From NCBI GenBank assembly GCA_024281115.1, contig JAMXLI010000006.1, forward strand, positions 1 through 61,427: a DNA stretch of 61,427 nt, in the 5' to 3' direction. Source of the DNA: Terriglobales bacterium. GTDB lineage: Bacteria > Acidobacteriota > Terriglobia > Terriglobales > Acidobacteriaceae. Below, piece after piece: positions 10,400 to 19,144 of this stretch. The first letter of the stretch is position 1. Every line of letters begins with the position of its first letter. A program made the position numbers and the translations under genes. Under the pieces are notes generated by a model, which was not told where the DNA came from, did no database searches, and worked only from the letters and a program-made list of their open reading frames with translations.

Positions 10400-10405
10400 C
10401 TGCGC

Positions 10406-11092
10406 ATGGAACGCGCTCAGATCAACCGGGTGAGTGTCGCCGACCAGGCCGCCGCCATCCTGCGGCAGCGCATTCTCAACGGCGAGCTGCGGCCCGGGAC
10501 CCCCTTGCAGGAGATTCCGCTGGCCGCTTCCCTGGGCGTCTCCCGCAACACCATGCGCGAGGCGGTGCGCATCCTCTGCCTCGAGGGCCTGCTGGTGCGC
10601 AGCGCTCACCGCGGCGTAGCCGTGGAGCGCCTCACCGCGCGCGATGTGCGGGAGATCTATCACTTGCGGCGCATGCTCGAGATCAGCGCCGTGGTGGCCA
10701 CGCGCAAAGCCGATCCCGCGGTTCTCAAGGAGCTGCAGCTCGCGCTGCAGCAGTACGAACAGGCGGTGCGCAACCGCGACTGGCTCACCGCCGTGGGCCA
10801 CGATTTGCACTTCCACACCCTGCTGATTCGCTTTCTCAAGAACCGCCGGCTGGAGGCGTTTTACCGCAAGGTGATCGGGGAATTGCGCATGGGCATGGTG
10901 CTGGTGGACCGCAGCCACGACGATCCTGTCGGGCTGGTGCCCGTGCATCGCAAGGTGTACCAGCTGTTGCTGGCGGGCAAGAACAAGCAATGCGCCGAGG
11001 TTCTGGCCCGCCACCTGGAGGATTCCGAAGCCCGGATCAGCCAGATTGTGGCCCAGACCGCGGCGTCCAAGACCAGCAGCCTCGCGCAGTAG
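10406..11092 (+). CDS. GntR family transcriptional regulator (FadR/FCD subfamily)
   Basis: Winged-HTH LQEIPLAASLGVSRNTMREAVRILCLEGLL plus a helical FCD-like C-terminus. ATG at 10406 is preferred to TTG at 10373, which falls inside the putative promoter. Confidence 0.85.
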   Translation: MERAQINRVSVADQAAAILRQRILNGELRPGTPLQEIPLAASLGVSRNTMREAVRILCLEGLLVRSAHRGVAVERLTARDVREIYHLRRMLEISAVVATRKADPAVLKELQLALQQYEQAVRNRDWLTAVGHDLHFHTLLIRFLKNRRLEAFYRKVIGELRMGMVLVDRSHDDPVGLVPVHRKVYQLLLAGKNKQCAEVLARHLEDSEARISQIVAQTAASKTSSLAQ

Positions 11093-11149
11093 GCGCAGGC
11101 GGGACGCCCTGAGAGTGCCTGGCCAGGAAAAAATGCAAGGAGCAACCAC

Positions 11150-14100
11150 ATGAGGCAGATGCTGAGAAACCTGAAGTCCCACCTGCTGGCCACTCGGCCG
11201 CGCAAGGCTCGCTTCCGCAGCGGTATTCTGACCGTGCTGCTGGCAGCAGGTTGGCTCCCCCTGTTCACCCTGAGCGCGAATGCGCAGGTAACGACGGTGG
11301 CGGTGCAGGGCAGGGTTTACGATTCGACCGGGGCGGCCATCTCCGGCGCCGATGTGACCGCTGCCAATGCGGCCACCGGCATCACGCGCAACGTAAGCGC
11401 GTCTCCTACCGGCGACTACATCATTTCCACGCTGCCTCCCGGCGACTACACCGTGACCGCCGAAAAGGCGGGTTTCCAGAAACAAGCTAAAAGGATCCAG
11501 CTGCAGATCGGCGCCGCCGCCAGCCTGGACTTCACCCTCGCACCCGGGCAGGTGACGCAGCAAGTGAACGTGGAAGACGTGGGCGAGGTGGCGGAGCCTA
11601 CCCGCACCATGATCAGCTCAGTGATCTCGCAGACCGAGATCCACGACCTGCCGGTGAACGGCCGCCAGTTCATTGATTTCGCCCTGCTGGCGCCCGGCGT
11701 CACCATCGGCGACACCACGTCGGGCAGCACCGACGTGATCATCGAGCCGGTGACCAAGCTCTCCTTTGCCGGCCAGAACATTCACTACAACTTCGTGGCC
11801 ATTGACGGAGCGGACAACATGTCCACCGCCTCCGGGATCCAGAAGACCACGCCGTCGCAGGACGCGGTCAGCGAATTCCGCGTGATTAACACGGATTACA
11901 GCGCCGAGTTCGGGCGCGCCGTAGGCGGCATTGTCAACATCATCACCAAGAGCGGCACCAACGATTTTCACGGTTCAGTGTACGAGTTTTTCCGCCATGA
12001 CCGCATGGACGCCAAGAACGCGCTGGCCGCCGCCGGAGGCTTCAACAAGCTGCGCCAGAACCAGTTTGGCGTCACCCTGGGCGGTCCCATCGTCAAGGAC
12101 AAGACCTTCATCTTCGCCAACTATGAGGGCCAGCGGCACAGCGAATCGCCGTTCTACAACTCGACTGTGCTGCAGAACATCGCGGCGATCAATGCGGTGA
12201 AGGTCAACACCTTTGGCCTGCCGCCGGAAAACCTGTTCGTCACCCGCACCATCAATTACGACAACTTCCTGGTGAAGCTCAACCACAACTTCAACCCGCA
12301 CAATTCCATGTTCGTGCGCTACTTCTTCAACGATAACCGCGCGACCAATCTCTCACCGCTCAACGATGGCTTCGACCTGCCCTCCGGCTTCAAGAACAAC
12401 AATTTCCGCGACCAGTCCATCGTCGGGAACCTGACCTCGGTGATTTCCAGTTCCCTGGTCAACCAGGTCAGCCTGCAGTATGCGCACCGGTTTTTTGATT
12501 TCCCGACCACCAGCACGCAGCCCCACCTTGAGGTCTCGAACGTGTTCACGCTGGGCGTAAACCGCGGCAACCCGGATTTTTACGAGGAAGGCCGCTTCGA
12601 GATCGTGGACAGCGTGACCAAGACCCTGGGCCGCCATACCCTGATGTTCGGCGGCGACTATAACCACGTGAACACCACCGAGTCCTTTCCTTTGTTCTAT
12701 CCCTTCGAAGCGGACTTCGGCAGCCTCAACGCTTTCCTGGGCACCGATTTTGTGGGCGCTCCCCATCCCTTCGTGATCTTCTTTGAGCGCTTCGACAAGG
12801 CTTCCGGATTCAACGAGCCCTCGTTCAGCACCTCGGTCTACCAGGGCAGCGCCATCCCATCGGCGGTGCGCAACGAAGCCCGGGGCGAACTGGGCCACAC
12901 CTACCAGGGCGCGTTCATCCAGGACAAATGGCGGGTAAGTAACAACCTGACGCTCAACTACGGGCTGCGCTGGGAAGGCGAGAACTGGCCGAAGGCCGCC
13001 ATCAACAGCCCCAACAAGAATTTCGATCCGCGCGCCGGCTTTTCCTATGCGCTGGGAACTTCGCGCAACCTGGTGCTCCGCGCCGGCGGCGGCTTGTTTC
13101 ACGGTACCATTCCGTCGCCGCTGCTGATGTGCCAGTTGCCTTCCTGCGGGGGCGTGATCGGCAAGTTTCCGGGCCGCGAGAACATCCAGGACAACCTGAA
13201 TGCCAACACCCGGCTTTCCGCTTTCGGGGCGGACCCCTTCACCATGGCCACCGCTTTCTCACAAATGGTGGGCCCGGGCCTGGCCACGGCCACGTATCCG
13301 GCGGGGTCGCTCGACGCCACCATCGTGCGCTTCGCGCAGAACCACAAGCCCCCCTACGGCGCCCAGGTAAGCGCGAGCCTCGAGTTCCAGCCGACCCGCG
13401 ACACGGTGGTGGACATCACCGGGCTGCACGTGCGCAGCATCCATCTGGGCAGCTTCTACAACGTGAATCAGCCCAACCCCAGCGGCCAACTACCGTTCCA
13501 CGACTCGCGCGGCGACCTCGGCCTGAAGAACATGTATTGCGCCAACTTCCCCTGCTTCCCGCCGGTGATCGCGCCGGGCGTGCGCTGCGCGGTGTTTACC
13601 GGCTGCCCGGTCCCGCCCGGTTTCCTGGGCTTCGCCGTGGATTTCGAAGCGGACTCGCGCTGGGATGCGCAGTGGGACGGCCTGCTAATCACGTTCAACA
13701 AGCGGGTGACGCACCATTTCGGTTTCGGCACCAGTTACACCTGGGGCAAGGGAATCGACGACGGCCCCAATCCCAGCTTTGTGTTGATCCCGCAGGACAG
13801 CTCCAACTTCCGCGCCGAGCGCGCCATCTCGGCGGACTACGTCAAGCACCGCTTCGTGGGCAATGCCACCTTTACCGGGCCGGAGCACATGAACGCTGTG
13901 GTGAACGGATGGCAGCTGGGGCTCATCATGACCTTCGAATCGCCCCACTACTTCACCAAGTTTGCGGGCTTCGATGCCAACGGCGACATTTTCGGCAACA
14001 ACGACCGCGTGGGCATCGAGCCGCGCAACACCTTCCGGGGCGACACCTACCAGACCATCGACCTGCGGGTGTCGCGGACCTTCGCGGTGAAGGAGCGCAC

Positions 14101-14323
14101 CCGGCTGGAGGCCCTGGTGGAAGCCTTCAACCTGTTCAATACCCTGAATGTGCACTACTACAACACGGCGTATGGGGCTTCCGACTTCTGCCCGGCGGGC
14201 GGCCCCACGTACTGCGGCACCGGTCCGTTTTACATCGAGGGCTCTCCCAACCCCTCCTACGGGACGCCGCGCGCATTATTCAATCCGCGCCAGTTGCAGC
14301 TGGCCTTGCGCCTGACGTGGTAA
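11150..14323 (+). CDS. TonB-dependent receptor with N-terminal carboxypeptidase-regulatory-like domain
   Basis: 1057 aa with a signal peptide. CarboxypepD_reg-like GRVYDSTGAAISGADVTA...GDYTVTAEKAGF, then plug and barrel, ending in a terminal aromatic (LRLTW). AAGGAG RBS. Confidence 0.85.
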   Translation: MRQMLRNLKSHLLATRPRKARFRSGILTVLLAAGWLPLFTLSANAQVTTVAVQGRVYDSTGAAISGADVTAANAATGITRNVSASPTGDYIISTLPPGDYTVTAEKAGFQKQAKRIQLQIGAAASLDFTLAPGQVTQQVNVEDVGEVAEPTRTMISSVISQTEIHDLPVNGRQFIDFALLAPGVTIGDTTSGSTDVIIEPVTKLSFAGQNIHYNFVAIDGADNMSTASGIQKTTPSQDAVSEFRVINTDYSAEFGRAVGGIVNIITKSGTNDFHGSVYEFFRHDRMDAKNALAAAGGFNKLRQNQFGVTLGGPIVKDKTFIFANYEGQRHSESPFYNSTVLQNIAAINAVKVNTFGLPPENLFVTRTINYDNFLVKLNHNFNPHNSMFVRYFFNDNRATNLSPLNDGFDLPSGFKNNNFRDQSIVGNLTSVISSSLVNQVSLQYAHRFFDFPTTSTQPHLEVSNVFTLGVNRGNPDFYEEGRFEIVDSVTKTLGRHTLMFGGDYNHVNTTESFPLFYPFEADFGSLNAFLGTDFVGAPHPFVIFFERFDKASGFNEPSFSTSVYQGSAIPSAVRNEARGELGHTYQGAFIQDKWRVSNNLTLNYGLRWEGENWPKAAINSPNKNFDPRAGFSYALGTSRNLVLRAGGGLFHGTIPSPLLMCQLPSCGGVIGKFPGRENIQDNLNANTRLSAFGADPFTMATAFSQMVGPGLATATYPAGSLDATIVRFAQNHKPPYGAQVSASLEFQPTRDTVVDITGLHVRSIHLGSFYNVNQPNPSGQLPFHDSRGDLGLKNMYCANFPCFPPVIAPGVRCAVFTGCPVPPGFLGFAVDFEADSRWDAQWDGLLITFNKRVTHHFGFGTSYTWGKGIDDGPNPSFVLIPQDSSNFRAERAISADYVKHRFVGNATFTGPEHMNAVVNGWQLGLIMTFESPHYFTKFAGFDANGDIFGNNDRVGIEPRNTFRGDTYQTIDLRVSRTFAVKERTRLEALVEAFNLFNTLNVHYYNTAYGASDFCPAGGPTYCGTGPFYIEGSPNPSYGTPRALFNPRQLQLALRLTW

Positions 14324-14387
14324 ACCGTTTTTCGGGGCGGAGTGTATCCCGCCCCGCCCTCCCCCTTTGGATTCGACGGAGAGCACC

Positions 14388-15471
14388 ATGCGCTTCGGCA
14401 TTTACTGCGAGATGCAGTCCCCGCCGGGCAAATCGCATTACGACTTGACCTGGGAAATCATGCGCCAGATCGAGCACGCCGATGCGGTGGGCTTCGACGT
14501 GTACTCCATCATCGATCATCACTTCTTTCCCAAATTTTCCATCTCGGCGAATCCGCTGGCCATGTTCGCGGCCGCCGCGCAGCGCACGCGCCGCATCCGC
14601 TTTCGGACGGCGCTGCACACACTGCCGCTGGAGAATCCCATGCGCCTGGCCGGCATGATTGCCGAAGCCGACATCCTGACCGGCGGCCGGCTGGAGTGCG
14701 GGCTGGGACGCGGCCATGCCTGGCTGTTCGCTCCGTCCGCGCTGCCGCTGGAGGAAAGCCGGCCGCGTTACAACGAGGCCATCGACATCCTGGAACTGGC
14801 TTTTACCAAGGAGAAATTCTCTTACGACGGCCAGTTCTACAAGATCAAGGACGTAAGCGTGGTCCCGCAGCCGCTGCAGAAACCGCATCCCAAGTTCTAC
14901 ACGGGGGGCACCAGCGATGTGACCTACCAGATGGCGGGCGAGAGAGGCTGGGGCATTTTCGTTCCGCCCCTGCTGCCCTGGAAGGTGCTGGAGGCGCCGC
15001 TCAACATTTACAAGAAAGCCTGCGCCGCCCGCGGCCATACTCCCGACATCGTCTACATCCGCCCCGTTTACCTGGACGAAGACGAAAAACTCGTGCGCAA
15101 GGAAGTGGAAACGGCGCTGCACAATTTTCTGGCGTTCAACGCGTCGCCGGTCGATTCCCTGCAAGAAGAGGCGGTGAAGGCGGAGCTGCGCGCCAAGGGA
15201 TATGGCTTTTATGCCAGCGGGGGCCCTGGAATCGCTCACCCGGCTCCGTTACGAGGAGATCGTGGAGCAGGAGATCGGCTTCATCGGCACCCCCGACAAG
15301 GTGGTGCGCCAGGTTCGCGATCTGCAGGCGAAAGGCGGGATTGGCGAATTAGCCATCGTGGCCAACTTCGGCGGGCTGGAGCATTGGAAAAGCATCAAGA
15401 CCCAACAGTTGTTCGCCCAGCACGTGATGCCCGCATTCCGCCAGCAGGGCACTCCGGCCGCGGCGGACTAG
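14388..15471 (+). pseudogene. LLM-class (luciferase-like) flavin-dependent oxidoreductase, interrupted by a +1 frameshift in a G5 run
   Basis: The N-terminal 277 codons are in the frame of ORF 14367..15560. The family-typical C-terminus (ALESLTRLRYEEIVEQEIGFIGTPDKVV...FAQHVMPAFR) is in ORF 15202..15471. Deleting one G at 15219-15223 joins them as ...YASGALESLT.... Length is 3n+1. Confidence 0.8.
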
Positions 15472-15546
15472 CGAAGGCAAACGCGAGATGGCGGACTCAT
15501 GTGTGTATGGGAAAGTACAGTAGCTGCCAACCAGGTGAAGGGGACG

Positions 15547-15759
15547 ATGCCTATTCTTAAGTTCGGTGCTCTCACTTGCGCGATCTATTTGCTAATCATC
15601 CTGTTGCTTGAGCTCGGAACGGTCTTTGTCGCGCGTCTGTTTGGAGGGGTGATTTTAGGCGGCCGGCCTTGGGGGATTGCTGTGTTCTTTGCCTCCATCT
15701 GGCTTTTGTCGTATTCCATTGCTCAGTATGCGTTTCGGTTTCCTCCCATTAGCCGTTAG
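15547..15759 (+). CDS. Small hydrophobic protein (2 TM), hypothetical
   Basis: 70 aa starting MPILKFGALTCAIYLLIILLLELG.... AAGGGG lies 4-9 nt upstream. The gene is markedly lower in GC than its neighbours. An alternative in-frame ATG is at 15499. Confidence 0.4.
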   Translation: MPILKFGALTCAIYLLIILLLELGTVFVARLFGGVILGGRPWGIAVFFASIWLLSYSIAQYAFRFPPISR

Positions 15760-15870
15760 CTCGGACGGGAGACCCGATTGGCACCAGATGTCGTAGGCCG
15801 CAAACAACGGGCCTTACTGTTGTGAATGCCGCATCTGTAGTCGCTCCTTTCAAGCAGATTACGTCCTGCG

Positions 15871-16971
15871 ATGGCGATCGGAACCATAACCAGCGCGCCC
15901 GCCCATTCCTTCGCGCCCATGAGCGCGCAGCGGCTGCTGGTATTTGGCGGGATCGCATTGATCGTGGGCGGCATGCTGTTCGGCGACATTTTTGCCGTTT
16001 TTGTGCTGCACCAGAATGCCGGCAGCACAGGCGCGGCTTTGCTGGCGGCGGCGCAGGCGGCGGCGGCGCGCCAACCGGCGCAGGTGCGCGACATCTTCAG
16101 CGGCGTCGGCGGATTGCTGGAGGACCGCGGGACCAAGGTGGACGCGCACGTCCACATGACCGATGGCGGCTACCTGGCGCTCCTGCTGGCCCTGGTGCAG
16201 CCTTACGTGGCCTTTTCCCCGCAGCGCAAGAAGCTGCTGGCACGCTTATTTCTGGCCGGGGGAGTCTTTTTGCCGGTTGGGATCTTCCTCATCCACTATG
16301 TCGGGCTGGCCCACAGCCCTTCGCCCGTCATCGGGTGGGCCAGCGTGCTGGCTGATTTTGCGGGGGCGCTGATGATCATCGCCCTCGTCGCCGAAGGCTG
16401 GGGACTGGCGCGGTGCCTGCGCGCAGGTTTTCCGGGCACCCAACCTACGGCAGCGAAGGATTCCTGGTGCGAGCGCACATTGCTGGCCGGCGGCACCGCG
16501 CTGATTTTGATCGGATTTCTGTTCGGCGCCTGGTACTCGGCCCGCGATCTCTATCGGCAGGAAACCGAGGAAGGGCACATCCTGGGCTCGTTGGCAGCCG
16601 CCGCAGCGAGCGCCCGTGCCGCCGACCTGCCTGATCGAGTGAATGCCTTCGGCATGCTGCAGGCCGACAAAGCGGTCAAGATTGCCGCCCATTCCCACAT
16701 CATTGAGTTCGGAATCCTGGCCACCCTGCTGGCCTTCGTTCAGCCCTATGTATTCCTGAGCGAGCGGTGGCGGAGGCGCTGGGTTGTGCTCCTGCTGGCC
16801 GGTTCGGTGGTTTTGCCTGTTTTTGTCCTGCTGGAACTGCGGCTGGGACTGCTGGCGGGCGGCATTGCCGATGGCGGCGGCCTTCTCGTCATCCTTGCGC
16901 TGGTCGGGATGCTAGTCGGAGTCGTGAGATATAGCGGGCGCGCCGACGCGGAGTTGGAGCCGGTGGAATGA
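15871..16971 (+). CDS. Integral membrane protein made of two tandem ~165-aa four-TM modules with an AHxH motif; no recognised family
   Basis: 366 aa. The two halves align (LLALVQPYVAFSPQRKK vs LLAFVQPYVFLSERWRR; KVDAHVH vs KIAAHSH). An alternative start is at 15919 (MSAQRLL). The stop overlaps the next start (ATGA). Confidence 0.6.
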   Translation: MAIGTITSAPAHSFAPMSAQRLLVFGGIALIVGGMLFGDIFAVFVLHQNAGSTGAALLAAAQAAAARQPAQVRDIFSGVGGLLEDRGTKVDAHVHMTDGGYLALLLALVQPYVAFSPQRKKLLARLFLAGGVFLPVGIFLIHYVGLAHSPSPVIGWASVLADFAGALMIIALVAEGWGLARCLRAGFPGTQPTAAKDSWCERTLLAGGTALILIGFLFGAWYSARDLYRQETEEGHILGSLAAAAASARAADLPDRVNAFGMLQADKAVKIAAHSHIIEFGILATLLAFVQPYVFLSERWRRRWVVLLLAGSVVLPVFVLLELRLGLLAGGIADGGGLLVILALVGMLVGVVRYSGRADAELEPVE

Positions 16972-17456
16972 GCGTCGCGCGCAAACTGCTCCTCTTCGGC
17001 GGCTTGGGTTTGGCGGCCGTGGGCATGCTGTACGGCCTCTATTACGCGCTGTTTGGCGAACACCAGGCGCTGGGGGCCATGGGCGGCCATCTTACAGGTG
17101 CGTTCGTGAGCGCAGCGCAACGCGAGCCGGCGCAGAGCCAAGCGGCAATCGCCTCGTATGCTGCCGCACGATACAGGTACGTGCGCCAGGTAGACGCGCA
17201 CTCCCACTGGATCGGACTGGCCATGCTGCTGATCGTGCTGGGAGCGGCTTTCGACCGGGTCGCATTTTCCGATCGCACGCGCCTGCTGATCGCCACCGGG
17301 CTGCTGTCGGGTTCCGTTGTCTTTCCTGCCGGCGTCATCCTGCAAACCTGCGCGTGCGCCGCGGCGACCGCCACCGCCCTGGCTATCCTGGGCGCCGGAC
17401 TGGTCACCGCGTCGCTGGCGCTGACGCTGGTTGGGTTCTTGCGCTCTCCGGCGTGA
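16968..17456 (+). CDS. Integral membrane protein, single copy of the same four-TM AHxH module
   Basis: 162 aa. KLLLFGGLGLAAVGMLYG...QVDAHSHW...VAFSDRTRLL aligns with both repeats of the upstream gene. It is translationally coupled to that gene. Confidence 0.6.
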   Translation: MSVARKLLLFGGLGLAAVGMLYGLYYALFGEHQALGAMGGHLTGAFVSAAQREPAQSQAAIASYAAARYRYVRQVDAHSHWIGLAMLLIVLGAAFDRVAFSDRTRLLIATGLLSGSVVFPAGVILQTCACAAATATALAILGAGLVTASLALTLVGFLRSPA

Positions 17457-17460
17457 GCGG

Positions 17461-18219
17461 TTACCGCTCCCGCTCCTGGTCGCGCGCGACCAGTTCATTG
17501 TCCACCGAGAAGGCGCCAAACACCTGGTTGGCGCGCATGCCGGCCACCTGCTTATCCAGGGTGTTGTCTACCATGCCGTACAGCGTCACATGGCCGCGGT
17601 CCACGATAATGCGAATGGGTGCCTGCGGGTCCATGGCGTAACGCGAGAGAACCGGGTCTCCGTAGATGGCGCGCAACGTGCGGATTCTCACGTCGTCGTC
17701 AAAGGGCGACGTGGGCAGCACCCGGACGCGGTCCACCACGTCCTTCACGCCTGGCTGGTTCTGCACGATGCTGAGAGCGGAGTCGCGGTCCGGCTGGTTC
17801 AGCACTTCTCCCGCAACCGTAACCACCCCGTTCTTCACATTCAATGCCAACGCGTTGAAGACGTGTCCGAAGCCGATGCGATCGTAGGCCAGCTTGCGTG
17901 CCAGCCGGTCCTGAAGCACCGCGTCGGGCACGGTTTGGCCGGCAACCTCAATCTCGTCCCTGACAGCAGCCACGTGCCCGCTGTGGCGAGCCTCGCGCTC
18001 CGCTTTGAGCTTGTCGGCGTAGCGCTCGACGGTGCCTTGCAGAGTGATCGCGCCGTCGTCCGCCGCCGCGCGCACATTCGTTAATTTCTTGTCCTGCTGC
18101 AACTTACGAGTGATTTTGGCGGCCAGCTCGGGCCCCGAAAACGGCTGCGTGTCGGCGAATGCGCCGGCCGCGGCCAGAGCGAGCGCCAGCCCAAAAAATA
18201 GTGTGATTTGTCGCTTCAT
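17461..18219 (-). CDS. Periplasmic BON-domain protein (three BON repeats)
   Basis: Signal peptide MKRQITLFFGLALALAAAGAFA. There are three repeats of the ...V.V.NGVVTL.G.V...... type. GAGGA lies 5 nt upstream of the ATG at 18219. Confidence 0.85.
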   Translation of the reverse strand: MKRQITLFFGLALALAAAGAFADTQPFSGPELAAKITRKLQQDKKLTNVRAAADDGAITLQGTVERYADKLKAEREARHSGHVAAVRDEIEVAGQTVPDAVLQDRLARKLAYDRIGFGHVFNALALNVKNGVVTVAGEVLNQPDRDSALSIVQNQPGVKDVVDRVRVLPTSPFDDDVRIRTLRAIYGDPVLSRYAMDPQAPIRIIVDRGHVTLYGMVDNTLDKQVAGMRANQVFGAFSVDNELVARDQERER

Positions 18220-18541
18220 AATCCTCAACCTCTCCAATTAACTGTCTGGTTAATTAGATGTCGAGGGGTGCGCGAGGATGCAACTTAGCATTCCCGGTCT
18301 GCCGCGAAATCTCGGGCGCGTACAACACTGCCGGCGGGCACCAGCATCACTGGCAATGTGCAATTCGGGACTGCGCAAAGAACATTTGGCTAAACTGTTC
18401 ACCATCGAACCAAAGAAGCCTGTCAGAAAAAGCAAGGTACGAGTCTCCTCTTTGAAACCCAAGCGGACGGGCGGAGCGCAAAAGCGTTCCCCCGCCAGCC
18501 AGCCCGCCGCGAATGCGCCCGCCCAGGCACTCGCGGCGCCC

Positions 18542-19114
18542 ATGGCGGAAGCCGACGCCATCCGGGGAGCGCAAACGGGAAACTCCGCCTGCTTTGAGCT
18601 TCTATATCAGCAGTACAAGCGCCGGGTGTACTCGCTTTGCCTGCGCATGATCAGCGAGCCCGCCGAGGCGGAAGAGCTGGCGCAAGAAGCTTTCCTGCAG
18701 GTGTACCGCAAGATCCACACGTTTCGGGGCGAGTCGGCTTTTTCCACCTGGTTACACCGCCTGGTCGTGAATGTGGTGCTCATGCACCTGCGGAAAAAAG
18801 TGCTGCCCCAACTGCCGCTCGAGGAAGTGCTACAGCCGCGCGGGGAAGATGAGCCGCGGCGGGAATTCGGAGAACAGGATTCCACCCTGCGGGTGGCCAA
18901 TGAGCGGGTGTTGCTGGAACGCGCCATCGCTTACCTGCCGCCGGGCTACCGGCTGATTTTCGTTCTGCACGACGTGGAAGGGTACGAGCACAAAGAGATT
19001 GCCGACATGCTGGGCTGCACGGTGGGCAATTCCAAGTCGCAGCTGCACAAGGCGCGGCTGCGCCTGCGCCTTTTGCTGAAGCAGGGAGCCGTGGAAGCAC
19101 CCGCCGCAGCCTGA
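18542..19114 (+). CDS. ECF-type RNA polymerase sigma-70 family factor
   Basis: Region 2 (FELLYQQYKRRVYSLCLRM...AQEAFLQVYRKIHTFRGESAFSTWLHRLVVN) and region 4 (LPPGYRLIFVLHDVEGYEHKEIADMLGCTVGNSKSQLHKAR). The open frame extends upstream to 18278, so the start is uncertain. Confidence 0.85.
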   Translation: MAEADAIRGAQTGNSACFELLYQQYKRRVYSLCLRMISEPAEAEELAQEAFLQVYRKIHTFRGESAFSTWLHRLVVNVVLMHLRKKVLPQLPLEEVLQPRGEDEPRREFGEQDSTLRVANERVLLERAIAYLPPGYRLIFVLHDVEGYEHKEIADMLGCTVGNSKSQLHKARLRLRLLLKQGAVEAPAAA

Positions 19115-19144
19115 GCCGCCACTTCCGCAGCCAGCACTCCCCGC

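Noticed and set aside
10349-11563. 404-aa minus-strand ORF across the GntR gene and the start of the receptor gene
   Set aside because: It is antisense to two well-supported genes and has no recognisable domain.
14330-14360. Hairpin GGGGCGG-N8-CCGCCCC after the first receptor gene as a terminator
   Set aside because: No T-run follows it, and the next gene starts 30 nt later. It is probably just GC-rich structure.
14367-15560. The full 397-aa ORF as an intact LLM oxidoreductase
   Set aside because: After ~15220 the translation becomes an Arg/Gly/Pro-rich nonsense tail. The family-typical C-terminus is in the +1 frame (15202..15471), so this was called as frameshifted instead.
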